Of a DNA stretch of 64,000 nucleotides, positions 42,401 through 54,358 are shown one piece after another. Source of the DNA: Zygnema circumcarinatum SAG 698-1b (lineage: Eukaryota; Plantae; Zygnematophyceae); the NCBI GenBank assembly GCA_037447605.1, contig CM074819.1, positions 1,014,297-1,078,296 on the forward strand. The letters are read 5' to 3'. Both the position numbers and the translations under genes were made by a program. The stretch's first letter is position 1. Every line of letters begins with the position of its first letter. A model generated the notes under the pieces. The model saw nothing but the letters and a program-made list of their open reading frames with translations, was not told the origin of the DNA and did no database searches.

Positions 42401-44866
42401 TGGCCCCAATCGCATCTGACCCTCTATCTCCAGCCACTCTTCATCACCGATGGTCTCGTGGGCTGGGAAGCTGGGTGCAGCGAGCACCGGCGGCAAAAGT
42501 TCCTCCGTCGGCGCACAGAGGGCTGGATTCGGGGGAGCAGGAGGGGAAGTCTCGCCATCGGTATCAGAATTGGCCGATCCATAGGAAGAATGGGGGCTGC
42601 CGACAGAATGGTACATGGTGATCTCTGGGTAGGAGACCTGCGCCGTGGCGTGGCGTTTGGGGAAGGCGGAGGTGGCAAGGGACTCGAGGATGATGGGGAA
42701 GGAGCAGTCTGTCCCGCCAGCAGATAAGTGCAGCTGACATGTAGCAAAGTCGATTCGTGCTCCCATCGCAATGAGCCAATCTGAGCCCAGCAGGATAGAA
42801 TAGTGCTCAGCGGCCGTGATGACCGCATTCACCGTGGCTCCCATCTCGCCAAGGCTGATGATCACTTGGGCACTGCCCAATCCTTCATGTAGGCTCCCCT
42901 CAACCCCCACATATCGGGGAATGGGCTCGAGCGTCTTGTCCAACTTAACCCCTGCAGCCTTCATCACTGGCTTGGACAGAACTGTGCGCATAGCTCCTGT
43001 GTCGATCATGGCTTTGCTTGGATGACCGTTTAGCCATACATTGACAATGATTCGCACGTTGGGTGTTGGGATCAGAGGAAGAACGTGAATCTGGCGAGGA
43101 GGATGGCGGGGAGAGCGAACTGGGTCTGGAAGAGGCGCCGTGGCCATGTGGTGGATATCTGCCGGCGAGGGGATGTCCGGAGGAGGTGCCATGGGAACCG
43201 TGGGAGGCCGCAGGGTGGCCTCNNNNNNNNNNGACGTGCATTTCTTCTGTCGCCGGTGCTGTCGGCTCTGGCTGCGCCGCTGTCGGCTCCTCCTCATTGA
43301 GATCGTCAGTTTCCTCCTCAGGCGTGGATCCCAATGGATGACCCGTGGAAGGAGGGAGGACTGAAGTTCTCCGGACAGGGGTGGCGACCGGTGGAGCCGT
43401 GCCAGAGGAGCTGGCGCCGTTGACATCGGCAGGGAGGAATGGCAGGGGATGTGAATGAGGATCACTTTGGTTGACAGGGAGCCTGCGCAAGGCATTTGCA
43501 ATCTCGGCGATCCGGGCTTGAGCACCCTCTTCAGAAGTGATGGGGGATTCGGACCAAGCCGGTTGTAATGCCGCGGCAATCTGGGCAGTGCGTGAGCGGG
43601 CAGCAGGATCGGGCTCAGCACCCAATGCGTTTGTCAGGGAAGGGGAGTCCATGGGGTGCAGGTGGATGGGCGGACGTTGCAGGATGGTGTAAGCGGGTGA
43701 AGGAGGTGGTGGCGGGCGAAAGGGAGCCGGAGTTCTCGGTGGTGTGGGAGTGGTCGGGAGCATATCCATGAAGGTGATCTCTGCAGGTGAGCTCCCTGCT
43801 GCTGCCTCTTTCCCCTTTCGGGCCTTCTCACTTGAGAGTCTCCGCATGCACACACGGGCATCATGTCCCGTGATCTGGCAGAAGGTGCAGGTCCATGGTC
43901 CGCAACGCAGCCGCGGATTATGATTCAGGCCGCAGGCAAGACAGACGCCCTCTGGAACCCCTGCCTCTGTCATCCGACGGCGCAGATCGGCCCTGGCAGC
44001 TTCTCTCTCTTCGGGTGTGCGATCGGAATAAGGAGCCCGATATCCTGGACGAGAAACATCTGGTATGTGAGGATTCACCGCCGGCTCAATGGGATGCGCC
44101 GGATCATGAGGGTATGGGGAAAGGGGAAGGGGCTTGCTCGTGCTGGCTATGGTCAGAGGCTAAACCACAAGGGCTGCCCGGACGTCCTGAGCAGTGGTGC
44201 CGGAGAAAGAAGGCTTGTTCCGAGTAGATGTAGCGTAGGGATCATACAACTGCTGATTCTGTGTCTTCAGGAACTGCTGGTAGAGTCGATCTTGTCGTGG
44301 ATCTGTAGCGTTCATGTAATGTGGTCGTACATGTCGGTTGCCTCTCTCTTGATCCTTCTGAATTCGCTCTGCCCTTTCTAACAAGGCCTGGGCATCTGCT
44401 GGTGGGTTGTCGCGCAGCTCACGATCCAGGTGGAGATCCTTCTCGCTGATGGCCTTGCGGAACCACTGGAGAACTTCGGGAAAGTCAGGCAAGTTCTCGA
44501 TAGTATTTGCCATGCGCACAAAACGCTCAGTGAATTCAAACAGCCGCTCATCACCGTAGCATTCTATGTAGCGAAGTCCGTCTAGCACAGTGATCGGATC
44601 TGAAATCCAGCGTTGTCTGAAAGCTTGCTTGAATGTGTCCCTTGTCAGGTTGCTGACGACATCCGCCTTGTGCCAGTTTCGGGACAACTTCCAGTTGACG
44701 GCCTCTCCTTCCAGCGCTCCAAGGGCCAACTTGATCCACTGGTCCTCCTTCAGGTCTGCTTGCGCTGCCTTTTCCTCAAGGTGTCTCAGCCATGCTTCTG
44801 CATCTTCTTGCTTGCCGGTGAAGCCTCTTGTGATGATGCCCGTGGTATCCCTCACCTCACTCTTTT
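39500..44866 (-). mobile_element. Ty3/gypsy LTR retrotransposon body (gag-zinc knuckle-protease-RT-RNase H-integrase), interrupted by N joins and decayed
   Basis: Gag EDAEAWLRHLEE..; knuckle CTFCQITGHDARVC; protease MIDTGA; RT KPDGTLRFCGDYRKLN..LPFGLKN..YVDD; RNase H DADWSQTGFGAV..YSPTEGEAAA..RTDH; integrase HDSQPSGFHLG..CTRC, HSDNGTEY, GLAERTIQT. In-frame TAG at 44160-44162 and a frameshift near 41860. Confidence 0.93.
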
Positions 44867-44876
44867 NNNNNNNNNN

Positions 44877-45121
44877 GCACTGGTTGGCAACCAGTCGAAT
44901 GGTTGTTTCGATCCGGCGGCACTGGTTGGCAACCAGTCGAATGGTTGCCAACCAGTGGCATCCACTGGTTCCAAACCAGTCGAATGGTTGTTTCGGTCCT
45001 GAGCCACTGGTTGGCAACCAGTCGAATGGTTGTTTCGGTCCGCAACCACTGGTTGCCAACCAGTCGACTGGTTTGTCGAATGGTCCGATCTGTGAAATAT
45101 TTATTGGGCGAAAATCTTGGA
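44877..45121. mobile_element. Right arm of the foldback-like palindromic-repeat element
   Basis: Roughly 42-bp units CACTGGTTGGCAACCAGTCGAATGGTTG+TTTCGGTCC.... One 41-nt block is the exact reverse complement of a left-arm block. Confidence 0.65.
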
Positions 45122-46849
45122 ATTTGAAAATATAAGGAAGTCCGTGTTAACAATAATAGGGGGGCGGTATTATGTTAGAGTCCGGCATGCGGCCGTACTG
45201 TTTCACTCTGTACGAAGGCGCATGGCCGCCCGGCGGGCCCTGTCATGAGCTCCTATTGGTGCCGTACATGTACCGTACGATTCAGAGTTTTTATGCGTAC
45301 GTGTGGTACAGCGAAATAGCGTGACCCATGTTCGAAACCCGTTTCGATTAACAGATTTTGTATTGGAAAATAAGGCAGGTTAGGTTAACACCCGTAATAC
45401 AGTATCACAGACTTACCGTACTAAAAGTGGTTTCCTCAAAATCAGGGCGAATTTCTTGTGTAACGAAAGTAGTAGGGTGGAAAATATTAGGGGGGGTACT
45501 GTATGTACTGTACTTCATGCGTACGGACAGTACGAAGGGCACTTGCTTGTCCGTACAAGCCATTCCTTCCAATGAATGCAAAGTTTTCTATGCCAGGAGT
45601 TCTGTGAAATTCAGTAAATCCAGTTCTCCACAACAGAGAGCTTTAGGTTCTATGCGCCTGTCGTGTTCTGAATCGCGTCAGAACGGATGTTATCCACTGA
45701 CATCGATACCGTTCGAAGCGCCAGCTCAGTGAGGCCTCAGCCAATCAGAGCGACGCGAAGCTGCCACTTGGCGGTCCCAACGGCCAGTCCACGTCACGCA
45801 TGCCACGTGGCAGGCCGCCCGCCCCCTCCGCCAGCCGCCGCTTGTCAGACGCGTGCCGCCCACCAACCAGAACCGGTTCCGTCCAAGGTCCCGTTCACAC
45901 GGACCAAAACTCACAACCAAATAGTCAATCGTTGTTGTCTTTTTCCGCGTTCACACGGACAGGTGGGCGGCTCCCCCCGAGCGGGTCCTTGTAAGCAGGA
46001 GGCGAGAACGGGGCGGAGGCGACGACGGAGGGGAGGAAGAAATTAGGTCAGTGCCATGGCGGCTCTGCCTGAAGTGGGGGCTGGATGTCATGGTGTAGGG
46101 CTGCTCCTGCTTACTTCTGTATGCATTTGGAAATATGGGGTGTGTGTTTTAGGGTTGGTGGATGGGGGAGTGGTGGGGAAGGGGGTGAGTGGGGGGGAAG
46201 GGGGGGGAACGGGGGGGTGGGGGAAGTAGGAGGGGAGGGATTGGGGAGTGCGAGAGGGATAGGGGGGGGGAGGAAGGGGGGGGTTTGTAGGCGGCCGATA
46301 TGTGTTGTGAGGGGAGGCAAGTGGGTTTTCTTTGTTTTGAGTGGTGTGGCTTCATGTAGAAATGCGTGTATTTGTTGGGGTTGCAGTCTGTTTCATTGCT
46401 GAGAGTCCTTTTGGGCCTGTTTGGTGTGCATTTAGGGTTCTCTGCCTACCTGTATTGCTATAACCTGGGGGTGGTTTGACCTATCTCGCGAGGCGGTAGT
46501 TCTGCATGGGCTTCTTCGGTTCTGGCCGCGTACTTCATGCAGTCGGGCGACCTGATGTGTGGGAGGAGAGGCTGTTTTCTCTTCTTTAAATTTCTACTTC
46601 GTTCCTGATGTTAGTCATTTTACAAAAGCAGAGTCCAAGGTCATGTCGTGATGTTGGAGGGCTGGAAGAAGGTCATTTCTGGAGCCTGGAGTGTTTGTTG
46701 CATGGGCAAGATCTTTGGAAAAGCATGTCGTTTTTGGTTATATGTCTGGTCCCTTTCGTCCTTCCCCCTTTCCTCTCCTTTGTATTTTAACCGACTTGTT
46801 TATTCTATTGGTCAGCAGAACCTTCTTCTGCGACAAAGCATTTGCAGCC

Positions 46850-49465
46850 ATGCAGGATCGCAGCGCTCATGTGTACATGGCCAAGCTGGCCGAGCAGGCC
46901 GAGCGTTATGATGGTGAGCTCTGAAATGATGCGAAGTGATATAATCACTGAGTGTACAGAGTGCACTAATATTCTTACCGTCTGTAATGGCTACACATTC
47001 CCTTTTTTCTGAATGCATTAGTTAAAGGTTCTTTGAGCTTCTAGACGCTGTCGGTAATTCGATTTGGAATGGAAGCACACTGTCCTGCTGCTAGGGTTTC
47101 GTCCACTCCAATGGATGGAACATTGGTGCATTAGGTCATTATTTGAGACTGTTGTAGGGCAAAGCATCTGGCTAGTCATTTGTGCTTCAACGTTCAACTT
47201 TAGTCAATTGAGGCAATGACTTGAATGGTACTCACCATTGTTTTTGGGGTATCTCCGAAATATCCAGCTCTGCTTGTTGAGCAGGAATTGCTAGTGGTAG
47301 CTGGAAGGTCGACAGGGGAATGTGAACATGCGTTTGCATTTTTGTGTTTACGCCCCTTCTGCTGGAACTGCTGACTGTCTCCTAACGTGTTTCTGCAGAG
47401 CACCATAGATGAAGCATATGGTGAGAATTGATGCAGGATGAAAAGCTAGCACTTTTCATTTTAAAAGTATTCTGAATAAAGGCTGTGTCCACTGCGTTTG
47501 TTTCATGCAGAGATGGTGGAGTCGATGAAAAAGCTGGCAAAGCTTGACGTAGAATTGACGGTTGAGGAGCGGAATTTACTTTCCGTTGGATACAAGAATG
47601 TTATTGGTGCTCGGAGGGCCTCATGGAGGATCATGTCCTCGATCGAGCAAAAGGTAAGTTGCGGAAAATGCGCTTTGAAAATAGAGGGATCATCCTACCT
47701 TTGTCAAGTTGTTCCTTTGGATTTGCCAGTTTCTGGCTCATATTTTGCCCGCTGGATGAATGTGAAGGATGGTCATTAAAATCAAATTATTATTTGAAAC
47801 TAGTCAAGACTGGGCGTTGTCGGTGACATGTTCCTCCAGAAAGGGCTGCTTTTGCTGGCTTGAATGGGAGAGAGGCTACTTCTGTTGCAATGCAGGAGGA
47901 TTCCAATCACAGCTGTAGACATGGGATGGGTGTGGCTCTCACAACAGGAAGAGAATAAGGGCAATGATGTGAATGTGAAGCGCATCAAGGAGTACAGGCA
48001 CAAGGTGGAGCAGGAGCTTTCCAACATTTGCATGGATATCCTTTCTATTATTGATGAGAACTTGATTCCCGCCTCAGACACGGGAGAATCCAAAGTTTTC
48101 TACTACAAGATGTAGGCATCTTTTCTTTGTGTTGGCGTTGAAAACTTCCTGTATTGGAAATGTGTTCATATGGACGAGGGCGTCTTCATAATGCAATAAG
48201 ACAGGCTCAGGAAATGGAAAAGTTGGGGTGACCTGGAAGCCCCGTTAGGCAGTCTATGATGGACCTTTTACAATCGTATTGATGCTGATTTAAATGTGGG
48301 ATTATCAGGAAGGGAGATTATTACCGCTATTTGGCAGAGTTCAAGACAGGATCGGACAAGAAAGAGGCTGCAGATAACTCATTGGAGGCTTATAAGGTCT
48401 GCTATTTCCGTCCTTTCCTATGCACTCTGAATCCCTGTTGTTTTCTGCCTCTCTGAAATCCACTTCAAGATCTTCTTTTGTATTGTCACCCTTGTTTTTT
48501 CGGTAACTTGTTGTTCTGTTATTCACTGTGGGATTGCATATCTTGCATGAGCAGGCTGCTTCAGAAGTAGCTGCAGTGGATTTGGCCCCCACCCACCCGA
48601 TCCGGCTCGGTCTCGCTTTGAATTTCTCGGTGTTTTATTACGAGATCCTTAACTCGCCTGAGCGGTGTGTAACAATTGGATACCTTCGCTTGAATAGTGA
48701 GAGTAGGACTCAAGTGGGGAAACAGATAGAACAGGTTGTATGCAGGTGCCTTAGGTGCAAACAAGTTTTGATTGTGATGAGCTTAGAAACAGGAACAAGC
48801 TTTACTGGGCATTGCATGGTTAAGTGCTTGATAGAGAGCGAACACTGATGGGGAGCAGGCAGGGCATTGCTAGTCCAATTTCGTAAGGGAATAATAGGGT
48901 GAATAGAGCCCGTTTGTGATGTAGATTATGAGTATGCTACTATGGTTTTTTAGTGGTCATTGCTGATGATTTTGGGGGGTTCTGGTTGGGGCTAGTAGAT
49001 AGTGCCCTAACGTCCTTCCTTGTTCTAAGTATTGGAATCATTCTTGGTTTGGTGTGGGCAGTGCGTGCCACTTGGCTAAACAAGCATTTGATGAGGCCAT
49101 TGCTGAATTGGACACACTGAGTGAGGAGAGCTACAAGGACAGCACTCTCATCATGCAGCTCCTGCGGGACAATCTCACTCTATGGACCAGCGACCTGCAA
49201 GAGGAGGGAGGTGAGATATTAACTAACTTCACTAATGTTAACCCCTCACTTACTTCACCTAACAGCTTCTAAACCAGAAGGGTTCTCAAGTCTGAGCATG
49301 CATGGCATCAATGCATTGAATTGTCTACATTGGAAGGGGAAGGGAGTGAGAAGCAAAGTGCTGCAAGCGAACCCTAATTCTCGCCTTCCAAATTGCGGTG
49401 CAGGTGATGAGGTGGGCAAGGGGGGAGAGGAGGGTAGGGGTGACGATGAAGGGGCTGCCTCGTGA
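46850..49465 (+). CDS. GRF: 14-3-3 protein (GRF), 7 coding exons (epsilon-group-like gene structure)
   Basis: [14 protein letters not shown]|[29 protein letters not shown]..|KVFYYKM|[11 protein letters not shown]..|[24 protein letters not shown]|[44 protein letters not shown]. Confidence 0.97.
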
Positions 49466-50602
49466 GCGCTGCTTGGGCTTTAAGGGAAGTTACAGTCCCT
49501 TTCTATTGGCGATTTGTATGGCCGCATAGGCAGCCGGGGGGTAAATGTACCGGAGGCCGAGCAGCGCTGTCTGCCATCTGCCGTCTGCCGTCTGTGTCTA
49601 AGTCTGCTGGGAGCGGGCAATGCCAACAGGAGCGCTATATGGAAGCTATTCAGGACAAGCAGAGCAGGGGCGGGCTCATAGAGTATTGGCACCAATGAGA
49701 GGATGAGTGTAGGGAGAGAGGGAGGGAGAGAAGCTCACAATGTTGGCGCTAGAGAGGGTAGTTGAGGCAGGCTGGGTGGGGCGGGGAGGGGCGGCCGGGC
49801 TCATACCGGTCCTAAGCAGTGCTGTCGTGGAAACCACCTGTGCTTGCAGTACGATGCAATGCTAAGGTCTATTCTGTGCTGCACTGCCTCTGCTTAATTG
49901 TCGAGGGGCCCTCTCATACTCCCCTCTCAAACCCACCACCCCCTTCCTCCCCCTGCCTCCCCTCCCCCTCGCCTTACCCCCAACGGGAGTGCTGTATACC
50001 TGCAGCCAATTACACAACACCGTTCGTTGTGTTAATGGTTTAGTTAGCATGGTACAAACTGCATGTGCAGAAGCGGCGGGATGTTAACAAGATAAGGTTA
50101 GTCAACAGCGCTTCGACGATAACTGACAAAAAAAAGCTTTTTGGAAAAACACGCGCAGTACATTAATGTCGCCTTGCTAGAATTCTCCATTTCTGCTGGC
50201 GAGATACGAGTCACTACAACTATTTTTGCGATACAACTTGACTCTGCAGTTCACTCTACATTATGTGTCCGCATACACTGAGCGCCCTGGATGTTGGCCC
50301 GTAGGCAGCCATTGGATGCTTCCTATCGATGTCACTCAAGACCCGCTTTATGCCCTCAGTATTATCGAGTCAAGAACCCTCGACTACTACCCCTATCTGT
50401 ACAGACTTCCCCCCCCACTGCCGCAAGCGAAACAGGCAAGCGACTATCCCCGTTGTAGAAAGTCGCACAGAGCGAAACCTGCCCGAAGTTTGAAGCTTCA
50501 CAAAAAAGCAAAACATGAAGAAGGGTCTCAGCAGCAACGTCACAAAACCTCCTCTCGCTCTGCCCTTCCATATTCCACGAGGCATGCATCGCCTCTGTAA
50601 GC

Positions 50603-53527
50603 TCATCTCCCTTCCATGGTAGCTCCCGTAGGGGACAAGTAGCGAAGCAGCCGCTCAAGCGACCCTTCTCCTAACAAAACGTCTGCCACATCCTTCACCA
50701 GCTTGTTGGGGGCCTGTCCAAGAAGAAGCATGCGTTGGGACCAGTCGGGGACCTCCGATGCAAAGAGCCGATAGAAGAGCCAAGCGCTGTACCACCTTGG
50801 GACAATAGTGTACCGCTTTCTCATGACTGCCGCGGAAGCTATGTGTTTTGCGGCCTCTTCAGTTGCCATCATGGGCCACCATTTCGGTATATGATCCTGC
50901 AATGGAGGGCCATACAGAAGGTTTCAAGCTCATAGTGGGAGAGAGGGTGGGATACATTGATGTGGAAAAAGAAATTGACGATCAGAGTGGAGAGAGAGTG
51001 GCTGTAAAAGAAAGGGGCATGCTTTTGGGAGTGGCTTGTAAAGTCTGAGGGATGTTTTCTTTCTATGAGCACTGATTCTTTCGAGAAAAATGACTCTCGT
51101 AATTTAGCTTTACGGCGGTTGGAAACACTCGAAGCAGAAGCCACGACGTGAGGAAAAAAGGAATTGCTAAAGAAAGTTGTATAGCTTTCAAGATGCGTAG
51201 CCACGAGACAATCTCTCTCAGCTGAGCCAAGGATCCGTACAGGGGGAGCCCCAGTGGTTAACTCCGACACAATGAACCCCGGCATCACAATGGTAATGGC
51301 GATGCCGTCCTCTGCCTCCACTCGCAATGTGTCGTAGAATTGAATTATGGCTGCTTTTGCAGCCTGCAGTGCAACATGGAAAACCAGCCAAATATTCGTT
51401 AACTCTTTCCCTACCATAGAAATATATATCCTTTCAGTTATCTCACGTTAGCACAGCAACAACAAAAATCCATCTGAACCTGCACCACCTGTAGCCAGTG
51501 CCCCCAACATGTCTTTCCTTGGCAATAACTCGAACATCTTTCTTACTCTCCCTTCTTCTTCTCTCTCTCTCTCCTTACTCATCACAGCGATTTTTATGTG
51601 AGAGGAGAATGCTAGAACTTGTATTCCTGAACTATCCCCTTGGTCCAAGCTGGAGCAGTTTGTGATGTCTCATGGGTTATGACGTCATTGAAAGGGGGGC
51701 TTTTACAAGAAAGATGCATTACGGAGATGCAATGAATTTCTGGCCTCCTTAAGTTCCTTTGTGCTCACATTATACATCGCCTGACGAGGATAGGTGAGAT
51801 AGCCTCCAACCGATGCAGTGACCACAATTTGACCGTTCGATTCACGCAAATACGGCAAAGCGTGAACCGTGGGCCACACATTTCCCCAGAAGTCCACATC
51901 CTGTAGTTGTGAAAACCGGTTCAGTTCAATTTAAACACAATTCAGTTCAGCAGTATGGAGCAAAGCTGATGAACATTTAAAGTAAGAACATGTTCACGTC
52001 AAGGTGCGTAGTGTGCTTCATACGAGGCAAGACAATAAATCTTAATGATCGACAAGCAGGTATTGGTGTTGTTAACTCAACAAAGTAAAGGACGAGGCTA
52101 CTCAAATATTCGTGGAGGAACAGTAAACGCACCATGGTCTTTTTCAAGTCGTTCACATCGGCACACTGTTCAAAAAGACCGCTCTCCGTTGTTCCCGCAT
52201 TGTTGACCAGCACATCAACTGCAAGCGCATCCTAAAAGCCTCCGTCACCCTTTACACAAGCTCCATTCAATATAATGATAGCATCCAGAAGATGTAAGTC
52301 TCCCCAAGCAAAGATGTTACCACCAAAACAGACACTACAGTTTCCAACACTCAGAGTTCAAATTCTGAAAAATGAATGTACGAGACCTATGTAAGAAACA
52401 CTTTGTCGCAGTCCTCATCTATTTACTGGTGTAAGGCTTCGGACCTCCAAAACTCTGTAACTCCTTACAGAGATTACGCAAGAACACCGTGATCCGTCAC
52501 TGCAGCCATGCATTTGCGGTTGGCAGGAACGAGAAGCAGTCCACTTACTGCGTCCATAGCGCTCCATTGTCACGTCAATGAGCCTTTTGCAGTCCTCCTC
52601 TTTTGACACGTCCGTACGGCATGTCATCGCGTCGAGGGCTCCCAGCCGGCGGCACTGCTCTGCAGTACGGTCGAGCCTTTCCTGACGGCGCGCTGCAAGA
52701 GTGAGCGCTGCTCCCCGTTTGGCGTACTCATAGGCCAAATGCTGCAGCCAAAAGGGGTTTTGTAGCAATCATCGTGCAGTTTCTGGTATTGTTTTGCTTT
52801 TGAACTCTTGTTGGCATCGTCGTTGCAGGTCTCTCTTGCATAGTGGGACAGTACGGACAAAAACGGAGCAGTTCCCTGAAGTTTTTTCATCGTGCGGTTG
52901 TGTGCACTACATTAACGTCGTCGATTCAATTGATTTCCGTCTGATATATGAACCAAAAAACGAAGGTGAAACCTTTCTTTACAAAATAAGTAGCATTTGA
53001 CGTCTGACGAGACAACCACTCGAGCCTGAGAATCTTAAATGCAGGAAAATTTGAAGTTGAATCAACTAGATGCGTCCAATGAAAGAGACTAAATTAAATT
53101 TCAAGATTCCATTGCAGCTCCAAACACAAGAGAAAGCACAGAGCTATATCTACAACAGTCTCTCGTTCTCTTGTCAGCTGAAATCCAGCATCAAGAGAAT
53201 ATAACCGAATTACAAGCAAAGAAATGAATTAAATTGGTACAACCGGAAAGTTCTATGAAATCCCTTGTAGGAACAAGAAATTATATTCCAGTAGGATAAC
53301 TGCAGCAGTGTATTGGCAGGCACCTGCCCAATACCAGACGATGCGCCTGTGATGACTACCACCTTCCCTCGCGCGGTGGCGTACGGGAGGCGCATCAGCC
53401 ATCGCAGAGCCTCCAGAATCTGCAGGGCGGGCCATAGCAGCAGCAGCCACAGAGCTGCAAGCGGAGCGGTGGCGAGAAACAGAGCCGTCGTCAGCGCCTC
53501 CCGCAGCAGGGCAGCCATGGCGTCCAT
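50603..53527 (-). CDS. HSD: 11-beta-hydroxysteroid-dehydrogenase-like SDR / steroleosin-like protein, 6 exons
   Basis: N-terminal hydrophobic anchor ATAPLAALWLLLLWP; TGASSGIG; HLAYEYAKRGA; LVNNAG; catalytic S (TASVGG) and YN|AAK (YxxxK). Introns are canonical. Confidence 0.92.
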
Positions 53528-53999
53528 CCGCAGCTTCAAGAATGCAGGCCTAAAACAGAGAGCAAGAGAGAGAGAGAGCGAGAGAGAGAGGGAGATAGAG
53601 AGAAAGACAAGTGGCGGGGCATCGGCAGCTGACACGTGGCGCTTGGAGGAAGCTTCCTGCACGCCACATCGGATCGGACTCACGGCGTTCACATTGCGAC
53701 GTGCTCGTCGTCGTTACAACGGCCGGATAGCCGGCTGTACGGACATTGAATTTCTTACCACAAGAACAATTACATTGCCATCCCTAGTCGTCGTTGTCGC
53801 GCGGCCCGCACGAGGGTCGGCGGGAACATGTACGGTAATCGACTTCGACTTTCATACAGTATTGAAAATCTGAAATCTGAATCTGTCCCTTCCCCATTTC
53901 TGCAAGCTGTTGTTGCGCCTGGAAGCAGGCTCGCCTGGAGCTTTGTTCCATCGTCCGCGGGTCCTCGCAGCTCGCCGTGTTGCCTTTGTGCGTGGGTGG

Positions 54000-54358
54000 T
54001 AGGGATGGCTTAATTACGACTATATAATCTATATTATATTATATAACTGTGACGACTAAATAACGGCTGTTATATAATACTTTACAACGCCTTTACAACA
54101 TGTACGGTCGTACGGTCGTACGACTGTACGGTAGTATGCGGTGAAGACAGAGTGAACCAGACGGACGCATTTCGCAACGCCAACGCCAAAGCGACCTAAT
54201 TTTGGTATGGTACGACCGTACGAGTACGGTCGTTAATTGTTCAAAACGAGTGGGTATAATATATGTAATAAAGTGTTTTACTTTGTACTATATTACTACT
54301 TTTAAACCCGTTGTAAAGTATATAATATAGTCGGACTTTATAACGCGGGCCATCCCTA
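54000..54358. mobile_element. Complete hAT-type MITE (359 bp) with TAGGGATGG terminal inverted repeats and an 8-bp target-site duplication GTGGGTGG
   Basis: gtgggtgg|TAGGGATGG...CCATCCCTA|gtgggtgg. The AT-rich interior carries CGTACG/GTACGGTC subrepeats. Confidence 0.9.

Noticed and set aside
44877-45070. CRISPR-like array (28-bp palindromic repeat with about 14-bp spacers)
   Set aside because: The spacers are short and mutually similar (TTTCGGTCC...), there are no cas genes, and the context is eukaryotic. It is better explained as a tandem subrepeat of a foldback element.
45310-45345. tRNA/SINE box-B-like GTTCGAAAC
   Set aside because: No box A and no cloverleaf could be built.
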